DNA from: Cyanobacteria bacterium P01_D01_bin.156
Lineage (GTDB): Bacteria > Cyanobacteriota > Cyanobacteriia > Phormidesmidales > Phormidesmidaceae
Assembly (NCBI GenBank): GCA_039024555.1
Contig: JBCCQQ010000002.1
Span: forward strand, 181,354-245,353
Direction of reading: 5' to 3'
Length of the DNA: 64,000 bases
Shown here piece by piece: positions 43,808 to 53,374 of the stretch; the first letter of the stretch is position 1; every line of letters begins with the position of its first letter. Made by a program: the position numbers and the translations under genes. A model generated the notes under the pieces. That model saw only the letters and a list, made by a program, of their open reading frames with translations, made no database searches and was not told the origin of the DNA.

Positions 43808-44527
43808 ATGTCTGACTTGCCGAGTAGCCTTGAGGAAACCATCGATCAAGCCATTGCCTCCACTAAGGCAGCCATTGAAGATGGCGTTACCCGTCTGCAG
43901 ATTGAGATGGTTATCCCTGAACTCAAACAGCAGCCGATCGCTGAACGATTCTTGAGCCTGTTTTCAGACTTGGGCATTCAGCAATTTAAGGTGCTGTTTC
44001 CCGATGCTGGCGCCGCGGCCTTAGCCAAGCGCGACTGGAATGAGCCAGATTTCACCATTCGCGGCATTAACGAAATCCAAGCGGCCCTTGAACCTGACGA
44101 TGAAGCAATTCTGGTGGTCAACCCGTCTGCTGTGGAAGTGCAGGATGTGGAAAAACTCTGTAATGAAGCCCAGGACCGCCCGGTGATTATTTTGAACCCG
44201 ACGTTAGAGGATGTCAGCGTTGTTGGTATTGGGTATGCCGCACGTCAGCTACGGGAGCGCTTTTTAAGTACACTGACATCCTGCTATTACTATCGCCCCA
44301 TGGAAGAGGCAGCGGTTCTACGACGCCACCCCGGCGGCTGGCAAGTATGGCAAGATGTGGGCGAACAATATGAGCTGCAGGCGGAGCTAACAGAGCGCCC
44401 CTCCAGCGAAGCCCTAGACAGAATCCTCTACGGCGGCGGCGAGGACGAGGAAAATAACAATGTCCCCAAACCCAGAAAGAGCCTGCTAGGTGAAGTGCAA
44501 AAATTTCTACGGGCATTGAGTCAGTAA
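43808..44527 (+). CDS. DUF1995 family protein
   Basis: LPSSLEE, FPDAGAAALA, LNPTLED...GIGYAARQLRERF. Confidence 0.85.
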   Translation: MSDLPSSLEETIDQAIASTKAAIEDGVTRLQIEMVIPELKQQPIAERFLSLFSDLGIQQFKVLFPDAGAAALAKRDWNEPDFTIRGINEIQAALEPDDEAILVVNPSAVEVQDVEKLCNEAQDRPVIILNPTLEDVSVVGIGYAARQLRERFLSTLTSCYYYRPMEEAAVLRRHPGGWQVWQDVGEQYELQAELTERPSSEALDRILYGGGEDEENNNVPKPRKSLLGEVQKFLRALSQ

Positions 44528-44624
44528 TGTCCCATCGGAATTACGGTATCCGCTACATCAAAACCGTTGTCAGGCCCGCCAACGGACCGCTAGAGTACAG
44601 AAGCGCGCATTTATAAATACAACG

Positions 44625-45188
44625 ATGGCTATAGGGCTGATTATTCTCTATTGGGTCCTGCTTCTTGTCATGGTAGCTGGCATTATCGGTGCCTTTATCC
44701 CTGCATTTCCAGGTATCGGATTAATTGTTATTGCGATCGCTTTGTGGGGTGCGATCGCAGGCTTTAGCCAATCCATCGTCATTGCCCTAGCCGTTGCCAT
44801 TGCTATTTTTGCCATCACCACCGCCATTGACTACCTGGCAGGGTACCTTGGCGCCAAAAAAGTAGGTGCCAGCCACTGGGGCCAAATCGGTGCAGTTATG
44901 GGCATGCTACTAGGATTACTAGGATTGCTGCCCGCCCTACCCATCGGTGGACCGATCTTTGGCCTACTGTTTGGTTCAATGATTGGCGCTTTTGTCGGTG
45001 AAATGCTCCATCGCCGCGACCTTGCCTTAGCACCACGATTCAAGCTGGGGGCTAAAGTTAGCCTGGCCATCGTCGTCAGTTCCCTGTTGGGCAACATAAT
45101 CGCCGGAGTACTATCTATTATTGCCACCGGGGTATTTCTAGTTGCTACCTGGTCCACCGTCATGGTCCCCGTAGTTTCAAATCTTTAA
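44625..45188 (+). CDS. DUF456 family membrane protein
   Basis: GAFIPAFPG, DYLAGYLGAKKVGASHWG. Confidence 0.85.
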   Translation: MAIGLIILYWVLLLVMVAGIIGAFIPAFPGIGLIVIAIALWGAIAGFSQSIVIALAVAIAIFAITTAIDYLAGYLGAKKVGASHWGQIGAVMGMLLGLLGLLPALPIGGPIFGLLFGSMIGAFVGEMLHRRDLALAPRFKLGAKVSLAIVVSSLLGNIIAGVLSIIATGVFLVATWSTVMVPVVSNL

Positions 45189-45219
45189 CACACATCAACT
45201 GACACGATTTCTAGATCCC

Positions 45220-45729
45220 ATGGCCAACCCAGAACACCTGGAAATCCTACAAGCTGGTGTCAGAGTATGGAACCGCTGGCGTGTAGCCAATGGGTCTACA
45301 CACCCAGACCTGAGAGCAGCCGATCTCAACGGTATGGACCTAGCTGGATTTGACCTCAGCCAAGCTTACTTAAGCCAAGCCAATCTTAGCCACGCTTATT
45401 TGTTTGAAGCCACTCTTGAAAAGAGTAACTGTCAGAGCGCTAATTTTAGCCACTGCTGTTTGATTGGGGCGAACTTAACGAAAGCCTATCTGGCCAACAC
45501 CAACCTCTTCCACGCTTACTTGTCCCAAGCCAATTTAACGCAAACCTATTTTGGTCATGCCAATTTAGTCAAAGCAAACCTAAGCGGTAGCTTGATCGCC
45601 CAGGCTTACTTTGGAGAAGCCGATATTCAAGAAACAGACTTTACTGATGTGCAAAACTTCGGGGTTCTGCAGCTCAAATTAGCTCACAACAGTGAACTAG
45701 CCGTCCTACCCACCGCCCCAAACCTGTAA
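45220..45729 (+). CDS. Pentapeptide repeat protein
   Basis: MANPEHL..GV..WN.WR start and A(D/N)Lxx repeats. Confidence 0.9.
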   Translation: MANPEHLEILQAGVRVWNRWRVANGSTHPDLRAADLNGMDLAGFDLSQAYLSQANLSHAYLFEATLEKSNCQSANFSHCCLIGANLTKAYLANTNLFHAYLSQANLTQTYFGHANLVKANLSGSLIAQAYFGEADIQETDFTDVQNFGVLQLKLAHNSELAVLPTAPNL

Positions 45730-45770
45730 GGTGTCTGGCTAGTAACCAAGGGTAGGAATCATAGCATCAT

Positions 45771-46970
45771 CTACACGGCTACCGATGAGGGATATCGTAT
45801 TCCAGCTGCTTTCAAACGTTGGAGTGCTTCAGTTAAGCGGTCTTCGTCTGCAATCAAACTAACCCGTACAAAGCCTTCCCCCCCTTCCCCAAAGGCGCTG
45901 CCTGGAGTCACCACCACACCAGTCTTTTGCAAAACATCGAGAGCAAAGTCAGCGGCGGTCATATCCGGGGGACAGGGCATCCACAGATACATGGTGGCCT
46001 TGGTTTTAGGCACAGCCCAACCCAGTTCAGCTAAGCCGTTAATAAGAAAGTCTCGCCGGGTGCTATAGCGATCGCATACTTCCTCTAGGTAAGAATCCGG
46101 CAAATTTAGAGCTGTTTCCGCCGCTGTTTGAATGGCCGAAAAAATACCATAGTCCATGTTGGTTTTGAGGGTGCGCAACCCCTGAATAACATGGCGATTA
46201 CCCACCACAAAACCCACACGCCAACCCGCCATGTTGTAAGTCTTAGACAGCGTGTGAAACTCTACGCTAAACTCCTTTGCCCCAGGAATTTCTAAAACAC
46301 TCGTGGGCTGATAGCCGTCAAACGCGAGTTCGGCGTAGCACAGGTCATGCACCAGCATGATTTCATAGTGCTTGGCAAACCCAACAATCTCTTCAAAAAA
46401 CGCACGGGGTGCCGTGGCCCCAGTGGGATTGTTGGGATAGTTAAAGTACAAAACTTTTGCCCTGCGAGCTACCGCTTCAGGAATCGTGGAAATATCGATC
46501 AGCCAGTCATTTTCCGGCGTCAGCATCAGGGGATGGATGTGGGCATTGGCGATGGCCGGTCCCCGAAAGTGGGCTGGGTATGAGGGTGTCGGCACCAGCA
46601 CCGTATCGCCAGGATCGAGATAAGCCAGAGCTAGGTGCGTTAGCCCTTCCTTAGAGCCCAACAAGGGCAGTGCCTCCCCTTCGGGATCAAGGCTAACGCT
46701 GTAGCGACGGTAATACCAATCGGTGATGGCGTTACGAAAGCTGGCGGTGCCTTCAAAGGGGGGATAGCCGTGGTGGTCAGGATTGGCCAAGGCTTTTTGC
46801 GCAGCTTCTACCACGGGCGCTGGTGTGGGGCCGCCAGGATTGCCCATCCCCAGGTCAATCAAGTCCAGCCCCTGGGCGCGGGCGTTGGCCTTAAGCTCAT
46901 CCAAACGGGCAAAGGCATAGGGAGGCAATTGCTCAAGTCGCTGTGCTTTTTTCATCCAAGCTAGGGTCAT
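45771..46970 (-). CDS. Class I/II PLP-dependent aminotransferase (LL-DAP/aspartate aminotransferase-like)
   Basis: LGMGNP, GSKEG, NYPNNPTGA, SKTYNMAGWRVG. Confidence 0.92.
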   Translation of the reverse strand: MTLAWMKKAQRLEQLPPYAFARLDELKANARAQGLDLIDLGMGNPGGPTPAPVVEAAQKALANPDHHGYPPFEGTASFRNAITDWYYRRYSVSLDPEGEALPLLGSKEGLTHLALAYLDPGDTVLVPTPSYPAHFRGPAIANAHIHPLMLTPENDWLIDISTIPEAVARRAKVLYFNYPNNPTGATAPRAFFEEIVGFAKHYEIMLVHDLCYAELAFDGYQPTSVLEIPGAKEFSVEFHTLSKTYNMAGWRVGFVVGNRHVIQGLRTLKTNMDYGIFSAIQTAAETALNLPDSYLEEVCDRYSTRRDFLINGLAELGWAVPKTKATMYLWMPCPPDMTAADFALDVLQKTGVVVTPGSAFGEGGEGFVRVSLIADEDRLTEALQRLKAAGIRYPSSVAV

Positions 46971-46982
46971 GGCCTTACCTCC

Positions 46983-48134
46983 TCATGACTGATGTGACGT
47001 TGACTGGGCGGTTGATTTAGCTTTGGGAAATTTAGTTGATGGCTGTCGTCGACAGGGTGCCGTCGTCGATACCATCGCCGCCATTACCTGCTGAGGGCTA
47101 ACCTCAAAGGGTAGATGATGGATATCTGACTTGGGTTTACAGGCAAACTCAGCAGCCTGTCGTAAATCCAAGAGAGACATTTCTCCTAACCCTAAATCAC
47201 TTAGGGTCATAGGCAAACCAATCTGACTGTAAAACCGCAGCAATTGCTGACGCGCAGCAACGGCTAGCGCATTGCCCGATTCCATTTCCTCCAGACGCAG
47301 TTGCACCAAGATACCATAGGCAACTTTTTCACCATGGAGCATGCCGTGGCTAGCGGGAACCTGAGTGAGGCCGTTGTGGACCGCGTGAGCCGCTACCGTT
47401 CGACATTGTGCTCCCCCCATACCACCAATCACACCCGCCATCAGTACGGAAGCGTCTACGACTTCTCGCCAGTCGTCCCCACCAGGGGTTTCTAAAGCGG
47501 CTGCAGATTTTTGAAAGAGAATATCGCGCAGTACGCGGGCTTGCTGCACAGCACCAATAATCAAGGTTTGTGAAGAATGACCGCTGCTAACGGAAGCTTC
47601 GTACCATTTTGCGATCGCGTCCCCAATCCCTGCCACCAAGGTACGCTTGGGGGCCGTTGCCACTAGGTCATAATCCAGCAGCAGTAGTTCTGGGCATGTA
47701 GGCAGACCCACGTCGTAGCGAAAGGCTCCCCGATCAGAGTACACGTTGGACAATGCCGTCCAAGCTGCACAGGTGGCTGCAGACGTGGGGATCGTGACCA
47801 CCGGCAACCGTGATTGATAGGCGACTAGCTTAGCGGTATCCAGTGCTTTCCCCCCGCCGATACCAATAACAAGATCTGCCTCATGCTGCTCTATGGCCTT
47901 TTGCAAAGACTCTAAAGTCGTCTCACAACAATCCGTACGATAGGAAGCCTGAGCAACACTCAAACCTTGAAGCATATCGGTCAACAATGGTGCAGCTGCT
48001 GATAGTGTGCGGTCTCCGCCAATCAAAAGAGGACGCCGACCTAACCTAGCAACATGCGAGCCCATTTGGGATAAAATCCCTGAACCACGGACCACCTGGG
48101 CTGGAGACACCATCAGTGTGGATAAGGTAGACAT
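46983..48134 (-). CDS. Iron-containing alcohol dehydrogenase (glycerol dehydrogenase-like)
   Basis: GIGGGKALDTAK, PTSAATCA, AHAVHNGL, HGEKVAYG. Confidence 0.9.
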   Translation of the reverse strand: MSTLSTLMVSPAQVVRGSGILSQMGSHVARLGRRPLLIGGDRTLSAAAPLLTDMLQGLSVAQASYRTDCCETTLESLQKAIEQHEADLVIGIGGGKALDTAKLVAYQSRLPVVTIPTSAATCAAWTALSNVYSDRGAFRYDVGLPTCPELLLLDYDLVATAPKRTLVAGIGDAIAKWYEASVSSGHSSQTLIIGAVQQARVLRDILFQKSAAALETPGGDDWREVVDASVLMAGVIGGMGGAQCRTVAAHAVHNGLTQVPASHGMLHGEKVAYGILVQLRLEEMESGNALAVAARQQLLRFYSQIGLPMTLSDLGLGEMSLLDLRQAAEFACKPKSDIHHLPFEVSPQQVMAAMVSTTAPCRRQPSTKFPKAKSTAQSTSHQS

Positions 48135-48298
48135 AGAGTAGTTTCTCAATAAATCAAAGAATCGTATTAACAAATTTGAGATAACAGTCTATGGGACGAG
48201 TCCGTACTGGTTAACAGAACCGTCAACCTCAAATTTGATGGTTATCTTACCGTTTTCAAAAGCTGATGCAGCAGCACCTAAACATTGGCCAATCGTGC

Positions 48299-48817
48299 TT
48301 AGCCTGCTTGAGTTGCCGCTCGCACCCTGGCTAATTCAGAGGCTGAGATATTAATGTTGTATCCAGATTCAGATTGAGTATCGGGCTGAATCTGACCTAA
48401 ATAAAGTAAATCGGAAATGCCGGGATCACGATGAACGATGGCACGGGCACGAATCGTTGGGGGCTGTCCCACTCCATTTAACTGACTTGGATTAAATGAG
48501 TTAATTGCCGCCTGTTGCAGCGTCGCCTCTAGTTGCGCATCGGTAATCTCTGCGGGAACTGATATCACCAGCTGAGCGGCACCCGAGTCAAAAACAGTCG
48601 TGTAGGGAATCGCGCCTTCTATGGTTGTTTGCACCAATGGTTGAAAACTCAGACCAAACAAACCTGCCGTCAATACACCGCAGAAACCGGTTGTTCCAAC
48701 TAATCTAAAACGAATACCCCACTTCGCGAGAAACGCTACTGCCGCCAACGCTCCAAAGGCTAACGTAGCGAAACCCATCCATTTGGTTGCCTCTAGAAAA
48801 ATCTCGGGAGTTGGCAT
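48299..48817 (-). CDS. ycf51: Ycf51 family protein
   Basis: WGIRFRLVGTTGF, LEATLQQAA. Confidence 0.88.
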   Translation of the reverse strand: MPTPEIFLEATKWMGFATLAFGALAAVAFLAKWGIRFRLVGTTGFCGVLTAGLFGLSFQPLVQTTIEGAIPYTTVFDSGAAQLVISVPAEITDAQLEATLQQAAINSFNPSQLNGVGQPPTIRARAIVHRDPGISDLLYLGQIQPDTQSESGYNINISASELARVRAATQAG

Positions 48818-48958
48818 AGCAAATTAGCGCTTTGAATATTTGATCAGCATAACGTTTTTAATCGTATCAGTGGACACGTTTTTCCAGGCAATTTCACGGT
48901 GCTAATTAGATTTTTTGAGCGGGCTTACTAAGGATGTTTAAGACAATTATCAAGGCGC

Positions 48959-50353
48959 ATGCTAAATCGAGTTTGGGGCATACCCTGTGGCCTACTTGTC
49001 CTGATAATGGGAGGGTTAGGCTTAGCTCGCCTCAGTGGGAAAACCAAAAACACTATCCCTCCCCTGCCTCAAAATCCTGACATTCAAGTTTTCTTCAATC
49101 ACACAGAAACCAACAGCTATCAAGATCCCTATCGTCACACCCAGCGACAAGGAGATGACTTAGAAAAGGTATTGGTCGAAGCTGTTGAACAAGCCACGCT
49201 CTCTATTGATATAGCGATTCAGGAACTAAACCTACCCAACCTGACTCAAGCCTTAATCGCTCAGGCAAGAGCTGGTGTCGTTGTTAGGGTGATTTTGGAA
49301 AATCAGTACAGCCAGCCTTGGAGTCAGAACGACCTCGCCTGGATTCAGCAACAGGATCGATACAGTCGCGGTAAGTACGAAAATTTATGGGCATTTGGTG
49401 ACATTAATGGAAATGGGTATATTGCACCAGAAGAAGCGGCCCAGCGAGATGCTGTACTGATGCTGCATCAGGCAGGAATTCCCATTGTGGATGATACGGA
49501 CGATGGCACTAAGGGCAGTGGTTTGATGCACCACAAGTTTATGGTGATAGATGGTCAACAGGTGCTTACGGGCACTGCCAACTTTACTCTCTCTGGCATC
49601 CATGGCGACTGGCTAATCCCAGAAAGTCGTGGTAATGCCAATACTTTACTACAAATACAGAGTACAGAGCTAGCAACAGCCTATGCTCAGGAATTTAATT
49701 TAATGTGGGGAGACGGCCCAGACGGCAAACCAGACAGTGTCTTTGGCTCTCCTAAACCCCTACGCCCTTCACACACCATGGCAATTCGTGACAGCGAAGT
49801 GACGGTACAGTTTTCTCCACATCGAGCCAATACCCCATGGGCGCAAACAACCAATGGGGTCATTGCCAGTGCCTTGAACAATGCAAAACAGGTGGATTTG
49901 GCTATGTTTGTATTTACCGATCAGGGTATTGCCAATACCTTACAAGGCATCCCTCAGGTACGCACTTTAATCGACAAAAGCTTTATCTATCGATACCACA
50001 GTGAAGCATTAGACATGTTGGGATTAGCTTTGCCCGATGGTCGCTGTCAATATGAGACAGCAAACCAACCTTGGATAAATAAAATCTCCGAAGTGGGCTA
50101 CCCAGCACTTGCAGAAGGCGATAAGCTGCACCATAAGTTCGCGGTTTTAGATGACCATACGGTAATTGTTGGTTCACACAACTGGAGTAAAGCCGCTAAC
50201 CATAAAAATGATGAGAATATATTAATCATCAAAAATGAGACTGTCGCCCAACACTTTAAACAGGAGTTTGAAAGACTTTATAAGCATGCAAAACTAGGCG
50301 AAACCGATTATCTCTTACAGACTATGAAAAAGTCCCAGGAGAGATGTGGATAG
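48959..50353 (+). CDS. Phospholipase D-family nuclease (ComA-like competence protein)
   Basis: Two HKD motifs (HHKFMVID, HHKFAVLD), GSHNWS, NDEN; N-terminal TM. Confidence 0.85.
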   Translation: MLNRVWGIPCGLLVLIMGGLGLARLSGKTKNTIPPLPQNPDIQVFFNHTETNSYQDPYRHTQRQGDDLEKVLVEAVEQATLSIDIAIQELNLPNLTQALIAQARAGVVVRVILENQYSQPWSQNDLAWIQQQDRYSRGKYENLWAFGDINGNGYIAPEEAAQRDAVLMLHQAGIPIVDDTDDGTKGSGLMHHKFMVIDGQQVLTGTANFTLSGIHGDWLIPESRGNANTLLQIQSTELATAYAQEFNLMWGDGPDGKPDSVFGSPKPLRPSHTMAIRDSEVTVQFSPHRANTPWAQTTNGVIASALNNAKQVDLAMFVFTDQGIANTLQGIPQVRTLIDKSFIYRYHSEALDMLGLALPDGRCQYETANQPWINKISEVGYPALAEGDKLHHKFAVLDDHTVIVGSHNWSKAANHKNDENILIIKNETVAQHFKQEFERLYKHAKLGETDYLLQTMKKSQERCG

Positions 50354-50429
50354 ACAGGCCGATGGGCAAACTGAAACAGGTAGCGAGAACTTATCAGGAT
50401 AGGTTAGGGAAAGTGTGATCTCTGTCAGT

Positions 50430-51428
50430 TTAGTCTCTAATAAGCTTGCCTAATTTTGTTTGAATACGCTTGTAAAACAAATACAATTTTCGCTGGCGGG
50501 TCAGACTGGGAATATCTGAAGTATGTTGCTGACAATAGTCAAAAAACTGATTCAGTTCCGTCAGAATTGTTTCCAATCTAGGAACCAACTGCTTCCCTCG
50601 ATAGGGAGCAAAAAAATCTTCTGATAGATTGTTAGGTTGCCACGTTGTTAAAACGTTTGTAATTCTCTGAACGTCATACCCTGTAGCATAACCCGCTATC
50701 TTATAACAGTTTTCAACTGGATCTAAAAAGTCAGCCAGGGCATGGTTCACGCTGGAAAATACCTGACAACCGCAGGCCAAGGCTTCCATGGGAGGGAGGC
50801 CAAATCCTTCGGTTAAGCGATACTGGGTCCAATACTCGGCTGAATCATAGAGATAGATTTTGGCACGGTTAAACAATGCCATTAAATCATCCACAAATGA
50901 GTCAATTACCACCACGTTATATCGCTTTTGCAACTCGGGCACGAGCTGCTGGCTGACATATTCTGAGGCTTTTCGAGTCTGCACCAGGATATCGATATCC
51001 CTTTCTAGATGTCGGTTAGTGACATTGGCGGGTAGCTGGTTGGGCAGCCAATAAAGTAAGGAATTGTGCGATCGCGCGCCCCAATAGCCCATGGTATTTC
51101 GGCTCACCGACAAAATAGGTACCTGGGGAGGCACTGAAAATCCATATCCCGAACTATGGGCATGGTAAATCACATTACAGTGAGCCAGTTTTTGAAGGAG
51201 TTTAGGCACATCAAACCCCCAACTCACCACAAAAATGTAGTTATTCAGCTCGGGATCTCGCAGGACATCCTCGATAAACCGATGGTCATCTTCCTGCTGC
51301 CGATAAGTGACCACATCAGCATCACACACCTGCTGAGCAAGCTTCAGCGTATTGAGTTCCGCAAACAGCCCACCACAGTAAAAAGAACGGGTGGTTCCCG
51401 GCAGCAGAAAATACAGCTTTCTCATCAA
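50430..51428 (-). CDS. Glycosyltransferase (GT-B-like)
   Basis: EGFGLPPMEALACGC. Confidence 0.85.
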   Translation of the reverse strand: MMRKLYFLLPGTTRSFYCGGLFAELNTLKLAQQVCDADVVTYRQQEDDHRFIEDVLRDPELNNYIFVVSWGFDVPKLLQKLAHCNVIYHAHSSGYGFSVPPQVPILSVSRNTMGYWGARSHNSLLYWLPNQLPANVTNRHLERDIDILVQTRKASEYVSQQLVPELQKRYNVVVIDSFVDDLMALFNRAKIYLYDSAEYWTQYRLTEGFGLPPMEALACGCQVFSSVNHALADFLDPVENCYKIAGYATGYDVQRITNVLTTWQPNNLSEDFFAPYRGKQLVPRLETILTELNQFFDYCQQHTSDIPSLTRQRKLYLFYKRIQTKLGKLIRD

Positions 51429-51700
51429 ATAGCGTTCCGGACTAGTAGCGTTCAGTATTCTACCGGATAGTCCTCTAATACCATTCGTCTATCAATCTGG
51501 TTGATAGTAACTCTATTAATGTTATCGATGGAACCCATTTATCCTATGCTTTGTCGATCTTAAATTTCCTACGTAAATTAGGAACCATAGCAACTGCAAC
51601 ACATGTTTAGCAATTGCTCGTTAGGTTAGATGACCTTAACTGCCAGGGATGCTCATCACCTAACAATACCCAGCCACCACATACTCCTGAGGAGGTTCCT

Positions 51701-51994
51701 ATGAACACCTTCCCATCCAATATTCACGACATCGAAACACAGCGTCTGCAGCTAGAACAACTTTGGCAACCCACGCCAGCGCAACGCATGAAGCGAGCCT
51801 CGACAACTTGGCTGCGCCAGGCTGGCCAGTGGATGGTCAAATCTCTAACCGAAGGAGACCAGCCCCAGATTTGGACAAAATCTACCAAGAACGGTACTTA
51901 CTGGTATGTGAATGATCCTATCGATGGCATTCATCATCAGTTTGCTTCTGAATCAGCCCTGCGTACTTGGTTAGAGCAGCGCCATATCCGCTAA
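51701..51994 (+). CDS. Small conserved cyanobacterial hypothetical protein
   Basis: GGAGG RBS before ATG 51701; PQIW..WYVNDP..SESALRTWLEQR. Confidence 0.75.
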   Translation: MNTFPSNIHDIETQRLQLEQLWQPTPAQRMKRASTTWLRQAGQWMVKSLTEGDQPQIWTKSTKNGTYWYVNDPIDGIHHQFASESALRTWLEQRHIR

Positions 51995-52473
51995 GCATGA
52001 CCAGTGCTTAAAGATAGCTTGCGCATATAGCTGATGATTACTAGGGTCACTATTAACCCGTAATCACTATGTGCGCAGCGATCTATTCTGTTATACCGAC
52101 TGCAAAGCAGGAGTAGTTCTGTTACAGGCTATTGCAGATTCGGTACATGAACCAATGAGACAGCAATGTAATATTTGCAGACTCTTTTAGGTGAATGAAT
52201 ACCAGGGATCAACAATACCTGCAACATGTACTACATGTTAATATTTTGCACATAAAATTCTTGCAGGACGGTAGAATTACCGTTGTGTCCACATAGGGCA
52301 ACGGGACTGCGGTGGGGCTAAATTTATACCAGAATCAACAAAATTAGGCTCAGCATTTTAAGTACTTCTAAAGTGTTGAGCATTAGGTTATTGCGTTTTA
52401 CAACCGTTGCCGATCGTTCCTTTAAACCAGCGATTCAATAGGGGTATCAATCGCCCAGATAGATGCTCTGATC

Positions 52474-52842
52474 ATGAATATCAAATTCATTGTTGGCAAT
52501 GCACTTGCAGGTACGCTAGCGCTGGCATTGGCTGGCTACGTCCAAGACAGCGTTAGCGCAAGTAGCGATCTTCTGTTAGAGACTCAGGCCCAAACCTGTC
52601 CAGCACTATTGGATCAAACCGAAAACCTTGATAAGAACCCAACTAATCGGCAGTTGGCCGTACCAGTACGCCCCAATGAATTACTAGACTTGACACTTCT
52701 GTGCTCCAGCGGTTCCGCTGACATAGCAGGATCTGACTCGATGCCATCAATAACAGGTAATGCCCTGAGGGAAACTCCACAGTCGGCCACTCAATTTGAT
52801 CAGCTCCCCCAGGATCGAGTCGAGCTTGATGGCCTGCTATAG
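52474..52842 (+). CDS. Hypothetical exported protein
   Basis: Signal-like N-terminus, 122 aa. Confidence 0.6.
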   Translation: MNIKFIVGNALAGTLALALAGYVQDSVSASSDLLLETQAQTCPALLDQTENLDKNPTNRQLAVPVRPNELLDLTLLCSSGSADIAGSDSMPSITGNALRETPQSATQFDQLPQDRVELDGLL

Positions 52843-52920
52843 CTCTTGAACTTGAATAAATATCAGAGTGTGATTCAGACAGACTCAGTATCTTATTAGT
52901 CTCATCTGACACCTCCGGCA

Positions 52921-52966
52921 ACCGTAGCCAATCTAAAGCTTAGCTAAGCTTTAGATTGGCTACGGT
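52921..52966. repeat. Perfect 46-bp palindrome
   Basis: ACCGTAGCCAATCTAAAGCTTAG|CTAAGCTTTAGATTGGCTACGGT. Confidence 0.95.
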
Positions 52967-52997
52967 ATATTAGGTGAGATGCTCATAGAAAGTTGCC

Positions 52998-53186
52998 ATG
53001 TTCGGTTTAGGTTGGCCAGAAGTCGGCATTATTGCTGTCGTCGCCGTTTTAGTTTTTGGGCCTAAGAAAATCCCGGAAATAGGGAGTGCCCTTGGCAAAA
53101 CCCTACGCGGATTTAAAGAAGAGATGGATGCTGAAAAAGAAAATTATGAAGACGCTGACTATGTCGAGGATACGGAACAAACTTAG
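52998..53186 (+). CDS. tatA: Twin-arginine translocase TatA/E
   Basis: MFGLGWPE...FGPKKIPEIGSALGKTLRGFK. Confidence 0.95.
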   Translation: MFGLGWPEVGIIAVVAVLVFGPKKIPEIGSALGKTLRGFKEEMDAEKENYEDADYVEDTEQT

Positions 53187-53270
53187 TTACTCTAAGTCTG
53201 GATATTTAGTAGGTACATGGTTGGAGCTACCTACTACTAGCAAGCGTCTAGTGAGCATATAGTAGGCATT

Positions 53271-53304
53271 ACAGGAAGGGGCTTTGCCATCTTCCTGTTT
53301 TTTT
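53271..53304 (+). terminator. Intrinsic terminator after tatA
   Basis: ACAGGAAG...CTTCCTGT followed by a T-run. Confidence 0.75.
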
Positions 53305-53374
53305 ATGCATTATTTCCGTATCCATAGGCTGGAGGGCATCCATCAAAGTATGCCCTGCAGGGGTGACAACGGGG

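Noticed and set aside
51489..51586. Short inverted repeats (CTATCAA-N5-TTGATAG; TTCCTA-N7-TAGGAA) upstream of the small gene at 51701
   Set aside because: Could be regulator sites, but too short to support without comparative data and no cognate regulator is adjacent
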